The notes beneath the pieces were generated by a model. The model worked only from the letters and a program-made list of their open reading frames with translations, had not been told where the DNA came from and made no database searches. Below, piece after piece: positions 43,682 through 53,262 of a DNA stretch of 64,000 nucleotides. Within the stretch, counting starts at the first letter, position 1. Every line of letters starts with the position of its first letter. The stretch is taken from NCBI GenBank assembly GCA_041946735.1, contig JBHGAY010000025.1, forward strand, positions 9,249 through 73,248, written 5' to 3'. The stretch comes from Candidatus Eiseniibacteriota bacterium. GTDB lineage: Bacteria; Eisenbacteria; RBG-16-71-46; CAIMUX01; VGJL01. A program made the position numbers and the translations under genes.

Positions 43682-45976
43682 ATGGATCCAGGATCGACAA
43701 GCAGGATCCACAAAGCCGCGAGGTGGCTCTCACTGGCTCGTGTGTACCTTGAGACCGGAGCGTACGCACAAGCGGAACTTCACGCTCGGAGAGCCCTTTC
43801 CGAAACGGACGACGGATACGTCGTCTTCGAATCGATGCTCGTGCTCGTGGACGCCCTTCGCAGACAGGGGAAGACCGCGGAAGCAGTCACGGTGCGATCC
43901 GAGATTGCGGACCCGGCTGACCCCGTGCTCCAGGCCGAGCTCCGGGTGCTTGATAGCAGGCTGCTGATTGACGCTGGCGACTACCATAAGTGCATCGAGG
44001 AGTTCGGTCGTTTCGCTTTTGGTTCGACATCGTCGGTCTCGGAGATCTGGCTGCAAACGAATCTCGCAGAATGCATGACCCGCCTAGGCAAACTCGAGGA
44101 AGCGAGGGCGGTGTTCCGCCATGTTGTCCTTGAGTCGGAACGGAATGGATGGAAGGAGGGTGTAGCCAGGACCGAAATGTGCCTGGGGCTTCTCGCCAAT
44201 AGAGACCGGAATTGGCCTGAGGCCTTACAGCACCTTAACGCATCGAAAGAGCTCTATGCCCATTTGGGGCTGATGAAGAACTACATGGCGTGCCTTCTGA
44301 ACATAGGCCTCATTCACCTCTTGCGGGGGGACTTTACTCGTGCCTGCGACGAACTCGGACAGGCCGTCCGAATAGCTAGCGCGATGCACGATCTGCCAAT
44401 AGAGGTGACCGGGCGATCTGACCTGGGGCTCGCCTTAGTGAGATCCAACCGACTCGGGAGCGCTCGCGAGGAGTTGTCTCGTGCGCTCCGTCTCTCCCGT
44501 CGACAGCCCTCCCCGCGGCGCCTCGCGATCGCGCTGGAGTACACCGGCGAGTACCACATAGCAGCGAAGCAGTACAAGCATGCTGGACGTTTGCTCCAGA
44601 AAGCCCTTGAAATAGGCAACCGGATTGCGCCTGGCGGCGACATCGTCCCCGAAGTCCTGCGTAGGCTTGCAGAAGTCGCCCTCTACGAGAAGCGCTACGA
44701 GGACGCCGCGCGAATCGCTGGGGAGGCGGAGCAGAAGGCTCATGCGAACCGGGATCGCTATGAACTGGCCACGATCCTCCGAGTGAAAGGCCAGATCGCG
44801 GACACGACGGGGAGCAAGAAAGAAGCGACGACCTACTGGCGGGAGGCACTAGCTATCCTCAAAGAACTCGACGAGACGTTCGAGCACGGCAGAGTTCTCA
44901 AGCTGCTCGGCATGAAGCAGCCGGGAAGCGGTCCATCCTCCCACAAGCCGTCCGGTAGCGACTTCCGTGGGACTACCCGGGAGGAGCTGGTCGCGCTCTT
45001 GCGTGCGAATGGAATGATCGGAAGCTCCCCGGCGATGGTCGAGGTGATGCGCCAAGCGCGTCTCTTGGCGCCCACGGACCTCACGCTTCTCGTTCAGGGA
45101 GAAACGGGTACGGGGAAGGAGCTGCTCGCCCAGGCTCTCCACAAACTCTCCGATTTCAGCGGAAGATTCGTGGCGTTCAACTGCGGGACTTGCCCACCTC
45201 ACCTCCTGGACGCCGAGCTGTTCGGTCATACGCGCGGAGCATTCACCGGCGCGCGGACGAGCCGGCGCGGCCTCGTTCGCACCGCGGAAGGCGGGACGCT
45301 CTTCCTCGACGAGATTGGGGAGCTTCCCGCGGAATCCCAGGCACGCCTGCTACGTCTCATGGATTCTGGAGAGATTCGGCCGCTGGGCTCCGATGAGGTG
45401 ATGAAGGTACTGGTACGGATCATTGCGGCGACGCACGTCGATCTCGCTGAGCTCGTCATTGAGGGCCGCTTCCGGCCGGATCTCTTCTTCCGCCTCTCAA
45501 ACATCCGGTTGGTGATGCCGCCGCTGAGAAGACGCGGCGCTGACATTCGGGAACTCATCGAGCATTTCGTCGAAGAAGCGCGGCGTTCGAACCGGCCGAG
45601 TTTCCCGGGATTCAGCAAGCCGGTGATCGACGAGTTGCGGCGCTATTCCTGGCCGGGCAATGTTCGTCAGCTTCGGATGGAGATCCTGCGACTCGCCACG
45701 CTCTACGAGGGCGAGGAACCCATGGAGACCTGGCCGAGGCAAGATCAGGATCGGGATGCTCGAGTGATTCCGCCCATGCAGGCAAAAGGCATCCTCGCCG
45801 ATCCCGACCGACTCCGCACTCTCATCAGGGACTGCGATGGCGAGATCCAGATGGTCGCGCGAAAACTGGGAGTATCTCGCACGGGTCTTTACCGGATCTT
45901 CAAGCGCGTAGGTATCGATTCGCGGAAAATTCGATCGGAGATCGACGAGTACCGGGACAGAAACTGGCTGATCTGA
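43682..45976 (+). CDS. TPR-repeat sigma-54-dependent enhancer-binding protein (TPR-AAA+-HTH)
   Basis: About 410 aa of TPR-like helices; GETGTGKE, LFGHTRGAFTGA, GGTLFLDEIGE, RIIAATH, FRPDLFFRL, WPGNVRQL; Fis-type HTH VARKLGVSRTGLYR. Confidence 0.93.
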   Translation: MDPGSTSRIHKAARWLSLARVYLETGAYAQAELHARRALSETDDGYVVFESMLVLVDALRRQGKTAEAVTVRSEIADPADPVLQAELRVLDSRLLIDAGDYHKCIEEFGRFAFGSTSSVSEIWLQTNLAECMTRLGKLEEARAVFRHVVLESERNGWKEGVARTEMCLGLLANRDRNWPEALQHLNASKELYAHLGLMKNYMACLLNIGLIHLLRGDFTRACDELGQAVRIASAMHDLPIEVTGRSDLGLALVRSNRLGSAREELSRALRLSRRQPSPRRLAIALEYTGEYHIAAKQYKHAGRLLQKALEIGNRIAPGGDIVPEVLRRLAEVALYEKRYEDAARIAGEAEQKAHANRDRYELATILRVKGQIADTTGSKKEATTYWREALAILKELDETFEHGRVLKLLGMKQPGSGPSSHKPSGSDFRGTTREELVALLRANGMIGSSPAMVEVMRQARLLAPTDLTLLVQGETGTGKELLAQALHKLSDFSGRFVAFNCGTCPPHLLDAELFGHTRGAFTGARTSRRGLVRTAEGGTLFLDEIGELPAESQARLLRLMDSGEIRPLGSDEVMKVLVRIIAATHVDLAELVIEGRFRPDLFFRLSNIRLVMPPLRRRGADIRELIEHFVEEARRSNRPSFPGFSKPVIDELRRYSWPGNVRQLRMEILRLATLYEGEEPMETWPRQDQDRDARVIPPMQAKGILADPDRLRTLIRDCDGEIQMVARKLGVSRTGLYRIFKRVGIDSRKIRSEIDEYRDRNWLI

Positions 45977-46022
45977 ATTCGCCGGCTCATCGACACCTAG
46001 CCGGCCGGTTTGCTCGCCTCTT

Positions 46023-46062
46023 CGATCCGACGATCCGACGATCCGACGATCAGACGATCAGA
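46023..46062 (+). repeat. 8-nt tandem repeat (CGATC[C/A]GA)x5
   Basis: cgatccga x3 then cgatcaga x2; the last copy contains the Eis gene stop codon. Confidence 0.9.
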
Positions 46063-47299
46063 AGGCGTCTCTCATCCAAGGCTCCGGTCCCGCAAAGATC
46101 CGTGTCGCGTCCCGGAGCGCCTCATCCCCCGCCTCGATCCAGCCGAGGTCTCGAAGCTGTCGCGGTGCGAGAAGACCGCTGAAGAGCGGCGCCATTCCCC
46201 GAATCGTGGCTCGCAGGTCTCCTCTCCCGCCGCTCACCACCGTCCCTGTGCCGTCCACCACTCGCAGAATCCACCGCCCCATGTTCGCCGGGATGACCTC
46301 GTCGTCGACGTCGAGGTGCAGTTCCGCCTCGAGGCCGGGGGGATACCCGCGCATTTCGAGAGCATTCGGAAGGTCGACGATGCGAAGGAGCCAGCGCTCC
46401 CCGCGCCCCGACCGGTACACCTGCTCTTCGGGCAAGCAGAGAAGCGGTTCCACTTCCGCGCCGTGCCAGGTGATCTCGCGCGCAAGCGACCGGTGATCGG
46501 CAAGGAAGGACATCATCCGCCGATACGCGCTCGGCGATAGTGCCGCCCAGTCACGCACCCGCATGTCATAGCCGGACGTCCCCGGCGACTGCGTGAAGAT
46601 GATGTATCCGTCGGGGCTGGCTTCCGAGCCGATCCGGTAGGCATGGACGGCTTCGCCTTCCCACGATCGCAGGAGCCTCTGCCACAGTCCGGGGCAGCGG
46701 TCGAGATTCCCGTTCGTCCGCTCCGCCTGCAGACGCGCCATCGCCGCGAAATTCTCGGGTGCAGGCTTCACCGGCTCCATTCGGATCGAGCGATCCCACT
46801 TCCCCCAGAACCCGGTCAGCGGCATGGTGTGCTCGGCACGGTTTCCCGCCTGCTCATAGCCGACCGACCGATACAGATGTTGCGTGGAGGCATACAGCGC
46901 GGACAGAGGGTGCCCGTGCGCGTGCAGATCCTCGAGCACACCGATCATGAGCGCGCGTGCCGCCCCGGTCGCCCGTTCCTCCGGCGGCACGCCGACGGCG
47001 GCGATGCCCCCCATCGGGACTCTCCGGCCGCCGAAGTACTGGCCCATCCACAGAACCGCCAGACCCGCAACCATGCGCCCCTCGGTCCAAAGCGTCCGTA
47101 GGTTTGCCTTGCCGACCAGATCGGACCATGGCTTCCACCGGGCGAGCGGGAAGGCGAAGCATTGCGTGAGGATCTCGCGGAGGCGCTCCTCTTCGACGGA
47201 CTCGACATCAGGATCGGCAAGCGGTCGGTACTCAAAAGAGGGATCCACAAGGCTCAAGGCCGGACTCCTTGGTTGATTCTGTTCGGGGCGATTCCCCAT
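46058..47299 (-). CDS. Eis-family GNAT acetyltransferase
   Basis: QYFGGRRVPMGGIAAVGVPPEER, SALYAS...YRSVGYE, LLRIVDL..AL..RGY, C-terminal SCP2-like end PWMRDAF. Start approximate. Confidence 0.9.
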   Translation of the reverse strand: MGNRPEQNQPRSPALSLVDPSFEYRPLADPDVESVEEERLREILTQCFAFPLARWKPWSDLVGKANLRTLWTEGRMVAGLAVLWMGQYFGGRRVPMGGIAAVGVPPEERATGAARALMIGVLEDLHAHGHPLSALYASTQHLYRSVGYEQAGNRAEHTMPLTGFWGKWDRSIRMEPVKPAPENFAAMARLQAERTNGNLDRCPGLWQRLLRSWEGEAVHAYRIGSEASPDGYIIFTQSPGTSGYDMRVRDWAALSPSAYRRMMSFLADHRSLAREITWHGAEVEPLLCLPEEQVYRSGRGERWLLRIVDLPNALEMRGYPPGLEAELHLDVDDEVIPANMGRWILRVVDGTGTVVSGGRGDLRATIRGMAPLFSGLLAPRQLRDLGWIEAGDEALRDATRIFAGPEPWMRDAF

Positions 47300-47401
47300 G
47301 AGGTTCCGTTGGCCGCATCGGCCCGCTACGGCCGTCTTGGACCCGCGCGCGACGGCCGTCACAGACCCCCGCGCGACGGCGATCTTAGCCCGCGCGGCGC
47401 G

Positions 47402-48274
47402 CTAGCGGTAGGTCGCCCTGATTGCACCCCAACTTCGGATCTCCACGGCCACCGGAACGCACTCGTTGGGCATACAGTCGCTCCACGCGCCCTGCGGCAC
47501 ACCTCCCGAAGCGACGCATTCCATCTCGACCAGCTCCATGCAGCTCCCGTCCGCGAAGCAGCAGGCGAAGACCGGCGTGTTCGGGCAAGGATTGGGCTCA
47601 CACAGCGTCCCCGGACCTTCCCACGTCCACGAACCACCCGCCGCGTAGCACTCCAAGTAGCTCACGGCCCGGCAGACGCCGTCGAGAAAGCAGCACGCCC
47701 CGGGGACCGTTTCGCACCGATCCGGCTCGCACGCATGACCGTCGATCACACCGCCGTCGTTCAAGCATTCCTCGGGTAGCAGGTAGAGTTCGCACGAGCC
47801 GTCCTCGAAGCAGCAACCGACGAGCGAGCAGGAGCAGGGATTCGGGTCGCAGGGGACTCCCTCGGACCACGAGCAGTAGTCCGGGCGCGCCAGGCACTCC
47901 ACCTCCGTCTCGACGAAGCACTCGCCGGCGTCGAAACAGCAGGCGCCTTGCGGCGACGCGCAGAGATTCGGCTCGCAGAGGTTCTCCGCGGGAGCGCCAC
48001 CCAAGTCGTAACAATCCTCGCCGCAGTAGAAGACGCGGCAGGATCCATCCGGAAAGCAGCAGCCGACCGGCTGCGGGCACGGGTTGGGGTCTCAGTCGGC
48101 TCCAGGGTAGAAGGCGCAACCGCCGGTCGCCCAGCAATCCGCCTCCTCTACCATTTGGCACGATCCGTCCGGGTAACAGCAGATGCCCACCTCGGCCTTC
48201 GCAACACCGGCAACGGCACCGGCCAGCACGATGGCCGACACGACAGCGACACCGACGATCGTCACTCGATACAT
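47402..48274 (-). CDS. Secreted Cys-rich repeat protein (six GxCC..DGxC repeats) with in-frame UGA at codon 61 and C-terminal SWG motif
   Basis: ORFs 48092..48274 and 47402..48004 share a frame, joined by TGA(48094-48092)-DPNPCPQPVGCCFPDGSC. The TGA sits at the Cys of the C[DE]PNxC repeat motif. Ends PVAVEIRSWGAIRATYR. Confidence 0.75.
48059..48074 (-). promoter_or_regulatory. Candidate SECIS hairpin
   Basis: GCAGCC-GGUC-GGCUGC; stem starts 17 nt after the UGA; GGUC loop resembles the E. coli fdhF SECIS loop. Confidence 0.45.
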
Positions 48275-48541
48275 GGACGCTCCTTCTGGGACGACGGCGT
48301 CTCAAGGCGGGCCGCTAGGATGAATGAGAGGGGGGACCTGGCCCGTAACGGGGTACGGCCTGCCCCGAAACGAAGCCGAGAAGAGTATATCGCCGAACCG
48401 AGCGAGGCGATACGATCCGTTCACCTTGCCGATGGGCCCATGGGCGGCAGCCCGTTGGACCGGGCGATCGGAGATCGACGGCCGCGCGTTTCATCCTCCT
48501 CGCCCGCGTCCGGCCGTGACGGCAAACGTCAGGAGGTGAGA

Positions 48542-49042
48542 ATGTTCCGGAGGATTGAAGACTTCCTCGTCGGCTACAGGTACGAAAGCCAATCCACCCT
48601 GAAGCTGCTCGACCAGCTGACGGACGCCTCGCTACTCCAGAAGGTCACGCCCGACGGACGCTCCCTGGGACAGCTCGCGTGGCACATCACTCTCACGCTG
48701 GGAGAAATGCTCGGACGGACCGGCCTCTCTCCCGCCTGCCCGGGACAAGATGCCGCAGTGCCGGCGAGCGTCCGGGAGATCCGGGAGACGTACGCCCGCG
48801 CGAGCTCGAGCGCCCTCGAGCAGATCGAGGCGCAATGGACCGACACGATGCTCGACGAAATGCTCGACATGTATGGACAACAGTGGCGGCGCGGAGCGGC
48901 GCTCGCCGCGTTCACCGCCCACGAGGCGCATCATCGCGGACAGATGACGGTCCTGATGCGCCAGGCTGGACTGAAGGTCCCCGGGGTCTACGGCCCGGCG
49001 CGCGAGGAATGGGCGGAGTTCCACCAGCCGGCTCCGTGGTGA
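48542..49042 (+). CDS. DinB family protein
   Basis: AGGAGG RBS; RSLGQLAWHI, HEAHHRGQMTVLMRQAGLKVPGVYGP. Confidence 0.93.
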   Translation: MFRRIEDFLVGYRYESQSTLKLLDQLTDASLLQKVTPDGRSLGQLAWHITLTLGEMLGRTGLSPACPGQDAAVPASVREIRETYARASSSALEQIEAQWTDTMLDEMLDMYGQQWRRGAALAAFTAHEAHHRGQMTVLMRQAGLKVPGVYGPAREEWAEFHQPAPW

Positions 49043-49043
49043 G

Positions 49044-50090
49044 ATGCCTCACCTCTTCTCACCCCTGAAGCTTCGCTCCGTCGAGATCCCGAACCGGATC
49101 GCGATGAGCCCCATGTGCACCTACTCGGCCGGCGAGGACGGAATCGCCACCGACTGGCATCTCGTCCATCTTGGCAGCCGCGCAGTCGGACGTTGCGGCC
49201 TGCTCCTCACCGAGGCGACGGCGGTCACCCCGGGCGGCCGCATCAGCACCGGCGATCTCGGCCTCTGGGACGACGCGCAGATCGAGCCGCTCGCCCGCAT
49301 CGTTTCCTTCTGCCGCGCGCAGGGATCCCGCATTGCCGCTCAGCTCGCTCACGCCGGCCGCAAAGCGTGGTCTCCCCATAAGGGCGCCGGGCCCGACATT
49401 CCCGTCGGACCGACCGACGTCCCGTTCGATGAAGGCTGGGTCGCCCCGCGCCCGCTCACCGCCCAAGAGATCGAGGCGGTCATCGTCGCATGGCGTGAGG
49501 CGGCCCGGCGCGCGCTCGCCGCCGATTTCGACGCCATCGAGATCCATGCCGCGCACGGCTACCTGCTCCACCAGTTCCTCACCCCGCTCGTGAACCGGCG
49601 GATCGACGAGTACGGCGGCAGTCTCGAGAACCGCGCGCGCTTGATGCTGCGTGTGGCGGCGGCCGTCCGCGAGGTGTGGCCCGCGGACCGGCCGCTCCTG
49701 CTACGCGTGTCCGCCTTCGAATGGACGGAGGGAGGCCTGACTCCGGCGGACTTCGTCGCCCTCGCGCCCCGCATGCGCGAAGCCGGGATCGACATGGTCG
49801 ACTGCTCCTCGGGCGGAGCGATCCCGATGGGGCCCCCGGCCGGACGGATCGGCCCCGGCTACCAGGTGCCGTTCGCCGAGGAGATCCGCGTCGGAAGCGG
49901 GCTGCCGACGATCGCCGTCGGCCTGATCACCGAGCCGGAACAGGCCGACGCGATCGTCCAGAACGAGCAGGCGGACATGATCGCTCTCGGCCGTGAGCTG
50001 CTGCGCGAGCCGTACTGGCCTCTCGCCGCGGCGAAGCGCCTCGAGCATCCGCTCGAATGGCCGTGGCAGTATCTCCGGGCGAAAGGCTAG
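49044..50090 (+). CDS. namA: NADH:flavin oxidoreductase (YqjM/NamA-type old yellow enzyme)
   Basis: NRIAMSPMCTYS, QLAHAGRKA, EIHAAHGYLLHQFL, DEYGGSLENR, GYQVPFA, GRELLREPYW. Confidence 0.9.
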   Translation: MPHLFSPLKLRSVEIPNRIAMSPMCTYSAGEDGIATDWHLVHLGSRAVGRCGLLLTEATAVTPGGRISTGDLGLWDDAQIEPLARIVSFCRAQGSRIAAQLAHAGRKAWSPHKGAGPDIPVGPTDVPFDEGWVAPRPLTAQEIEAVIVAWREAARRALAADFDAIEIHAAHGYLLHQFLTPLVNRRIDEYGGSLENRARLMLRVAAAVREVWPADRPLLLRVSAFEWTEGGLTPADFVALAPRMREAGIDMVDCSSGGAIPMGPPAGRIGPGYQVPFAEEIRVGSGLPTIAVGLITEPEQADAIVQNEQADMIALGRELLREPYWPLAAAKRLEHPLEWPWQYLRAKG

Positions 50091-50121
50091 GCCCAGGCGC
50101 CAGGAATCTCGCTATGTCGCC

Positions 50122-51339
50122 TCACGCCTCCATGGCACCGGCCGACGAGAGGATCGCCTCGACGTTCTGCGGGGCGAAGAACGCCGCCGGGGAGATGGTC
50201 CCCGCGTTCATCCGAGCGAAGTCGTCCATCGCTTTGGGATTACCGTGGATCGCTCCGAAAAGCCGCTGCATCTCCGGAGGCGGCGGCTCCAGCGTCGCGA
50301 GCTGGAAGGTGAACTCGTACATCGCGAGAACACGCTCGTCGCGTTCCCGCTGATAGTCCGCCATCGCCTGCTCGAACGGCCGCGTACCACGGAACGACTC
50401 GTCCAGCGCCGCCGCGCACCGCTCTGCATCCAGGAAGGCGTCCTGGATCCCCTGCGCGGTGATCGGATCCTTGTTGTACCCTGCGTCGCCGACGAGTGCC
50501 CATCCGGGACCGTACGGCTTGCGGAAGAATCCGGGCAAAGCGGCGCCCGCGAACCGGCTCTCGCGCTTCGCGCCGCGCACTCGCTCGGCGAACTCGGGTG
50601 CGAGATTCAGGTTCTTCCAGTAGTTGCCTTCGATGTCCTTCTTGTTCGTCTCGAACTCCGCGTACGGCCATCCGGCGATGATGAGGGTCAAGCCGTCGTG
50701 CGTCGGAGCAGCCGCGAAACCGCTGCGCGGCCGGATGTAGTTCTCTAGTCGTCCGTTCATCGGGAGCCCGCTCCAGTAGGCGTAGTAGCCGGCGAGGACC
50801 GGCTCCTTCTCGTTGTACTGCTCGGGTTCCACGGCCTCCGCCACCTTCGAGTATCGACCATCGGCCCCGATGACGACTCGCGCTCGCTCCGTCACGGTCG
50901 TGCCGTTGTGCGATCGTCCACGGATTCCGGTAACCCGGCCATCCTCGAAGAGGATCTCCTCCACCGTGAACCCTTCGCGCACCTCGGCCCCCGCCTCGGC
51001 GGCAGCATCGACAAGGATCTTGTCGAGGACCGTGCGTCGCGGGCAGTAGGCGAGCGGCGCCTCTTCCGTCCCGGGCCATCCCTCGATGACGAAGGGTCCG
51101 AAGTCGAATGCGTAGCGATGCATCGGCGGGCAACCGGTGGATGTGAGGCGGTCGAGCAGGCCCCAACGCTCCAGGGCTGCGGCGGCGAGCGGGTGGACGA
51201 TGTGGGTGGAGATCGTGTCGCTCGGGAACGTAGCGCGATCGACCAGCAGGACTTCATAACCGCTTCGCGCCAACAACATCGCCGCCGGCGAGCCTGCGCA
51301 ACGCGCTCCCACCACGATGGCGTCGTATCGCTTGCTCAT
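50122..51339 (-). CDS. NAD(P)/FAD-dependent oxidoreductase
   Basis: AAGGAGG RBS; YDAIVVGARCAG, FPSDTISTH, IGADG, WALVGDAGYNKDPITAQGI. Confidence 0.9.
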   Translation of the reverse strand: MSKRYDAIVVGARCAGSPAAMLLARSGYEVLLVDRATFPSDTISTHIVHPLAAAALERWGLLDRLTSTGCPPMHRYAFDFGPFVIEGWPGTEEAPLAYCPRRTVLDKILVDAAAEAGAEVREGFTVEEILFEDGRVTGIRGRSHNGTTVTERARVVIGADGRYSKVAEAVEPEQYNEKEPVLAGYYAYWSGLPMNGRLENYIRPRSGFAAAPTHDGLTLIIAGWPYAEFETNKKDIEGNYWKNLNLAPEFAERVRGAKRESRFAGAALPGFFRKPYGPGWALVGDAGYNKDPITAQGIQDAFLDAERCAAALDESFRGTRPFEQAMADYQRERDERVLAMYEFTFQLATLEPPPPEMQRLFGAIHGNPKAMDDFARMNAGTISPAAFFAPQNVEAILSSAGAMEA

Positions 51340-51655
51340 TTGAACCTCCTTGATCAGGCGACGCGCAAGGGAACGGCAACGGAAGAGAATGGCAATCTGC
51401 GAGCCTCCTGACCAGCCGCATGAATGTGCGGTCGCCCCGCTGCCCGTCCACGGCCCACCACCTCGCCCTGCTTCCCCGCCGGGCGGGGTCCGCCTACCAT
51501 CGAGCCCGGGCGAACCGGGCGAACCGGGCGACCGCGGGCAAACGCGGGCCATGACGAAGGGCTTTGGCGGGTGCCCTCGTCCGATGCAGCCGCTCCAAGA
51601 GGCGGGCAGTCCTGCCGTGGCGGAGCCCCATAGGACATTGAGAATGGAGGCACAG

Positions 51656-52213
51656 ATGGAGTTGGTGATCCTGGCGCATTTTCGGCGCTACCCGCTCCTC
51701 GAGTGCGCGGATCTGTACAAGCTTCTCTTGCAGGCCTGCCTGGGGAACGAGCACGCCATCGGCGATCCGACAAGCGCAAGAAAGCGCCTGGACGAGGAGC
51801 TCGGCTCGCTACCCGCCGTCCACCCCGCAGATGCGCGATCGATTCCCGGAGAGAACGAGCCGCTCCTCGATCCCATCTCAGCCGACGGAGCGATTCTCCG
51901 CGTGCATCTTCGTCCCTGGAAGGACCGGGCGCTCCCGTCCGACCCGCTCCTCCAAGCCTTCCTCGACACGGCCGCGGAGCTTCGTCTCCCTGCCGGCGAT
52001 TTGCGGCGGGAGATGGACATGGCTCGCGCGCTCGCCGCTGCACGGCGAATCCCGCTTCCGGCCGAGGATCTCGAGGCGTACTTCGCCGTGCGCGAGGCGG
52101 AAGGATTGCCCGCGGTGCACCACTCCGCCGCCTACCTCCGGGCGTACGCTCCTTCCTACCGTGTCGTCCATCGCCGCGCCCTCGCTCGCCACGCGCCGGC
52201 CCTCCTCCACTAG
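51656..52213 (+). CDS. Conserved hypothetical protein
   Basis: GGAGG RBS; RYP...DLYKLL.Q..LGNEH, RVHLRP, PAVHHS..Y..AY.P.YRVV. Confidence 0.75.
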   Translation: MELVILAHFRRYPLLECADLYKLLLQACLGNEHAIGDPTSARKRLDEELGSLPAVHPADARSIPGENEPLLDPISADGAILRVHLRPWKDRALPSDPLLQAFLDTAAELRLPAGDLRREMDMARALAAARRIPLPAEDLEAYFAVREAEGLPAVHHSAAYLRAYAPSYRVVHRRALARHAPALLH

Positions 52214-52386
52214 GCCATCGCGCCCATCGCCTCGTCGGCGCCCGCGCGGCTCCCGGACAAGCGGCACGGCCCGGGGACCGTTTCCGGTCCCCGAGCCGCG
52301 GGGGTGGAGGAGCTGGCTGGTCGAACTTCGATGGACTGGACTCGTACTCTCCGATTCGGACCGAAATCGTTCTTGCACTCGCCGAG

Positions 52387-53199
52387 CTAGCGCCCGCCGC
52401 AACCCGACGCCGGGAACACGCCCCGCGTGCCCCCCCGAGACCCGCTGTCGAGCGGCGTGGGGGCGACGGGCCTCTTCCAGGCGGCTGCGAACGAGACGCC
52501 CCGCCCCACGCGCAGCCGGTAGGCGTCGCGCAGGACGAGCAGGACGAGCAGCATCGCCAGTCCACTCATGTAGCCGATCGTCTCCAGGCCGATCAGGAGA
52601 CCGATGCCCACCACCATGAGCGCGAGCGAGCTGAAATGCTGATACCAGTCGCCGTAGTTCTCCCGCCAGACCTTCCAGAAAGGCTCCCCGCTCGAAAGAG
52701 CGATCGCCCCGGAGACGAGCAGGGTGTTGGTCAGGGAGAAGATCGGAAGGAGAGATACGACTGCCACAGGATGAAGAAGCAGGATCATCCCGATCGAGCC
52801 AACGCTTCCCAGGCCGAGCCACCGCGCCACGGAAAGGGCGAGCGCAAGGGCCACGATCGTCTGGGAACCGTTGAAGACCGACTTGATCGCCGACCGGCGA
52901 TGGAGCAGCAGGTCGGCAAGCACCACGCTCAGTCCGGCCAGGGACATTGCGAGGGTGGCCGGAAGAGCGAGGAGCACGGCCAGATTCGCGGCGAGAGACA
53001 TGCTGACCATCCCCTTGCCCGTGGGAGTCGGCAGCCAGAACGTCTCGGCCGCGAGCGACAGCAGGAACCAGAACGCGACGCCGGACATCGGGACCTTCGG
53101 ACTCGCGTGAATCCAGAAAAGGATCAGGATTCCCGCGGCGGTCGCAACGGTCAGTCCGATGTACGGTGCGAGGAGCTTCGATTTACGCTCAGTTCTCAT
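52387..53199 (-). CDS. Polytopic membrane protein resembling the membrane sensor domain (MASE9-like) of HD-GYP proteins, stand-alone
   Basis: About 7-8 hydrophobic segments; LAAE, VSMS, KSVFNGSQ, NTLLVS..IAL; no cytoplasmic output domain. Start at 53199 or 53223. Confidence 0.6.
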   Translation of the reverse strand: MRTERKSKLLAPYIGLTVATAAGILILFWIHASPKVPMSGVAFWFLLSLAAETFWLPTPTGKGMVSMSLAANLAVLLALPATLAMSLAGLSVVLADLLLHRRSAIKSVFNGSQTIVALALALSVARWLGLGSVGSIGMILLLHPVAVVSLLPIFSLTNTLLVSGAIALSSGEPFWKVWRENYGDWYQHFSSLALMVVGIGLLIGLETIGYMSGLAMLLVLLVLRDAYRLRVGRGVSFAAAWKRPVAPTPLDSGSRGGTRGVFPASGCGGR

Positions 53200-53262
53200 C
53201 TCGGCACTTCCCGTTTGTTGCATCTTCGTACCCGAGTGATGGCGTCCTCACTTGCCCCGTCC

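Noticed and set aside
6899..48094. Genome-wide UGA reassignment (genetic code 4 or 25) as the explanation for the two in-frame TGAs
   Set aside because: Many well-defined genes here end correctly at TGA (cca, ric, acyP, lhr, macro domain), and both internal TGAs align with Cys positions.
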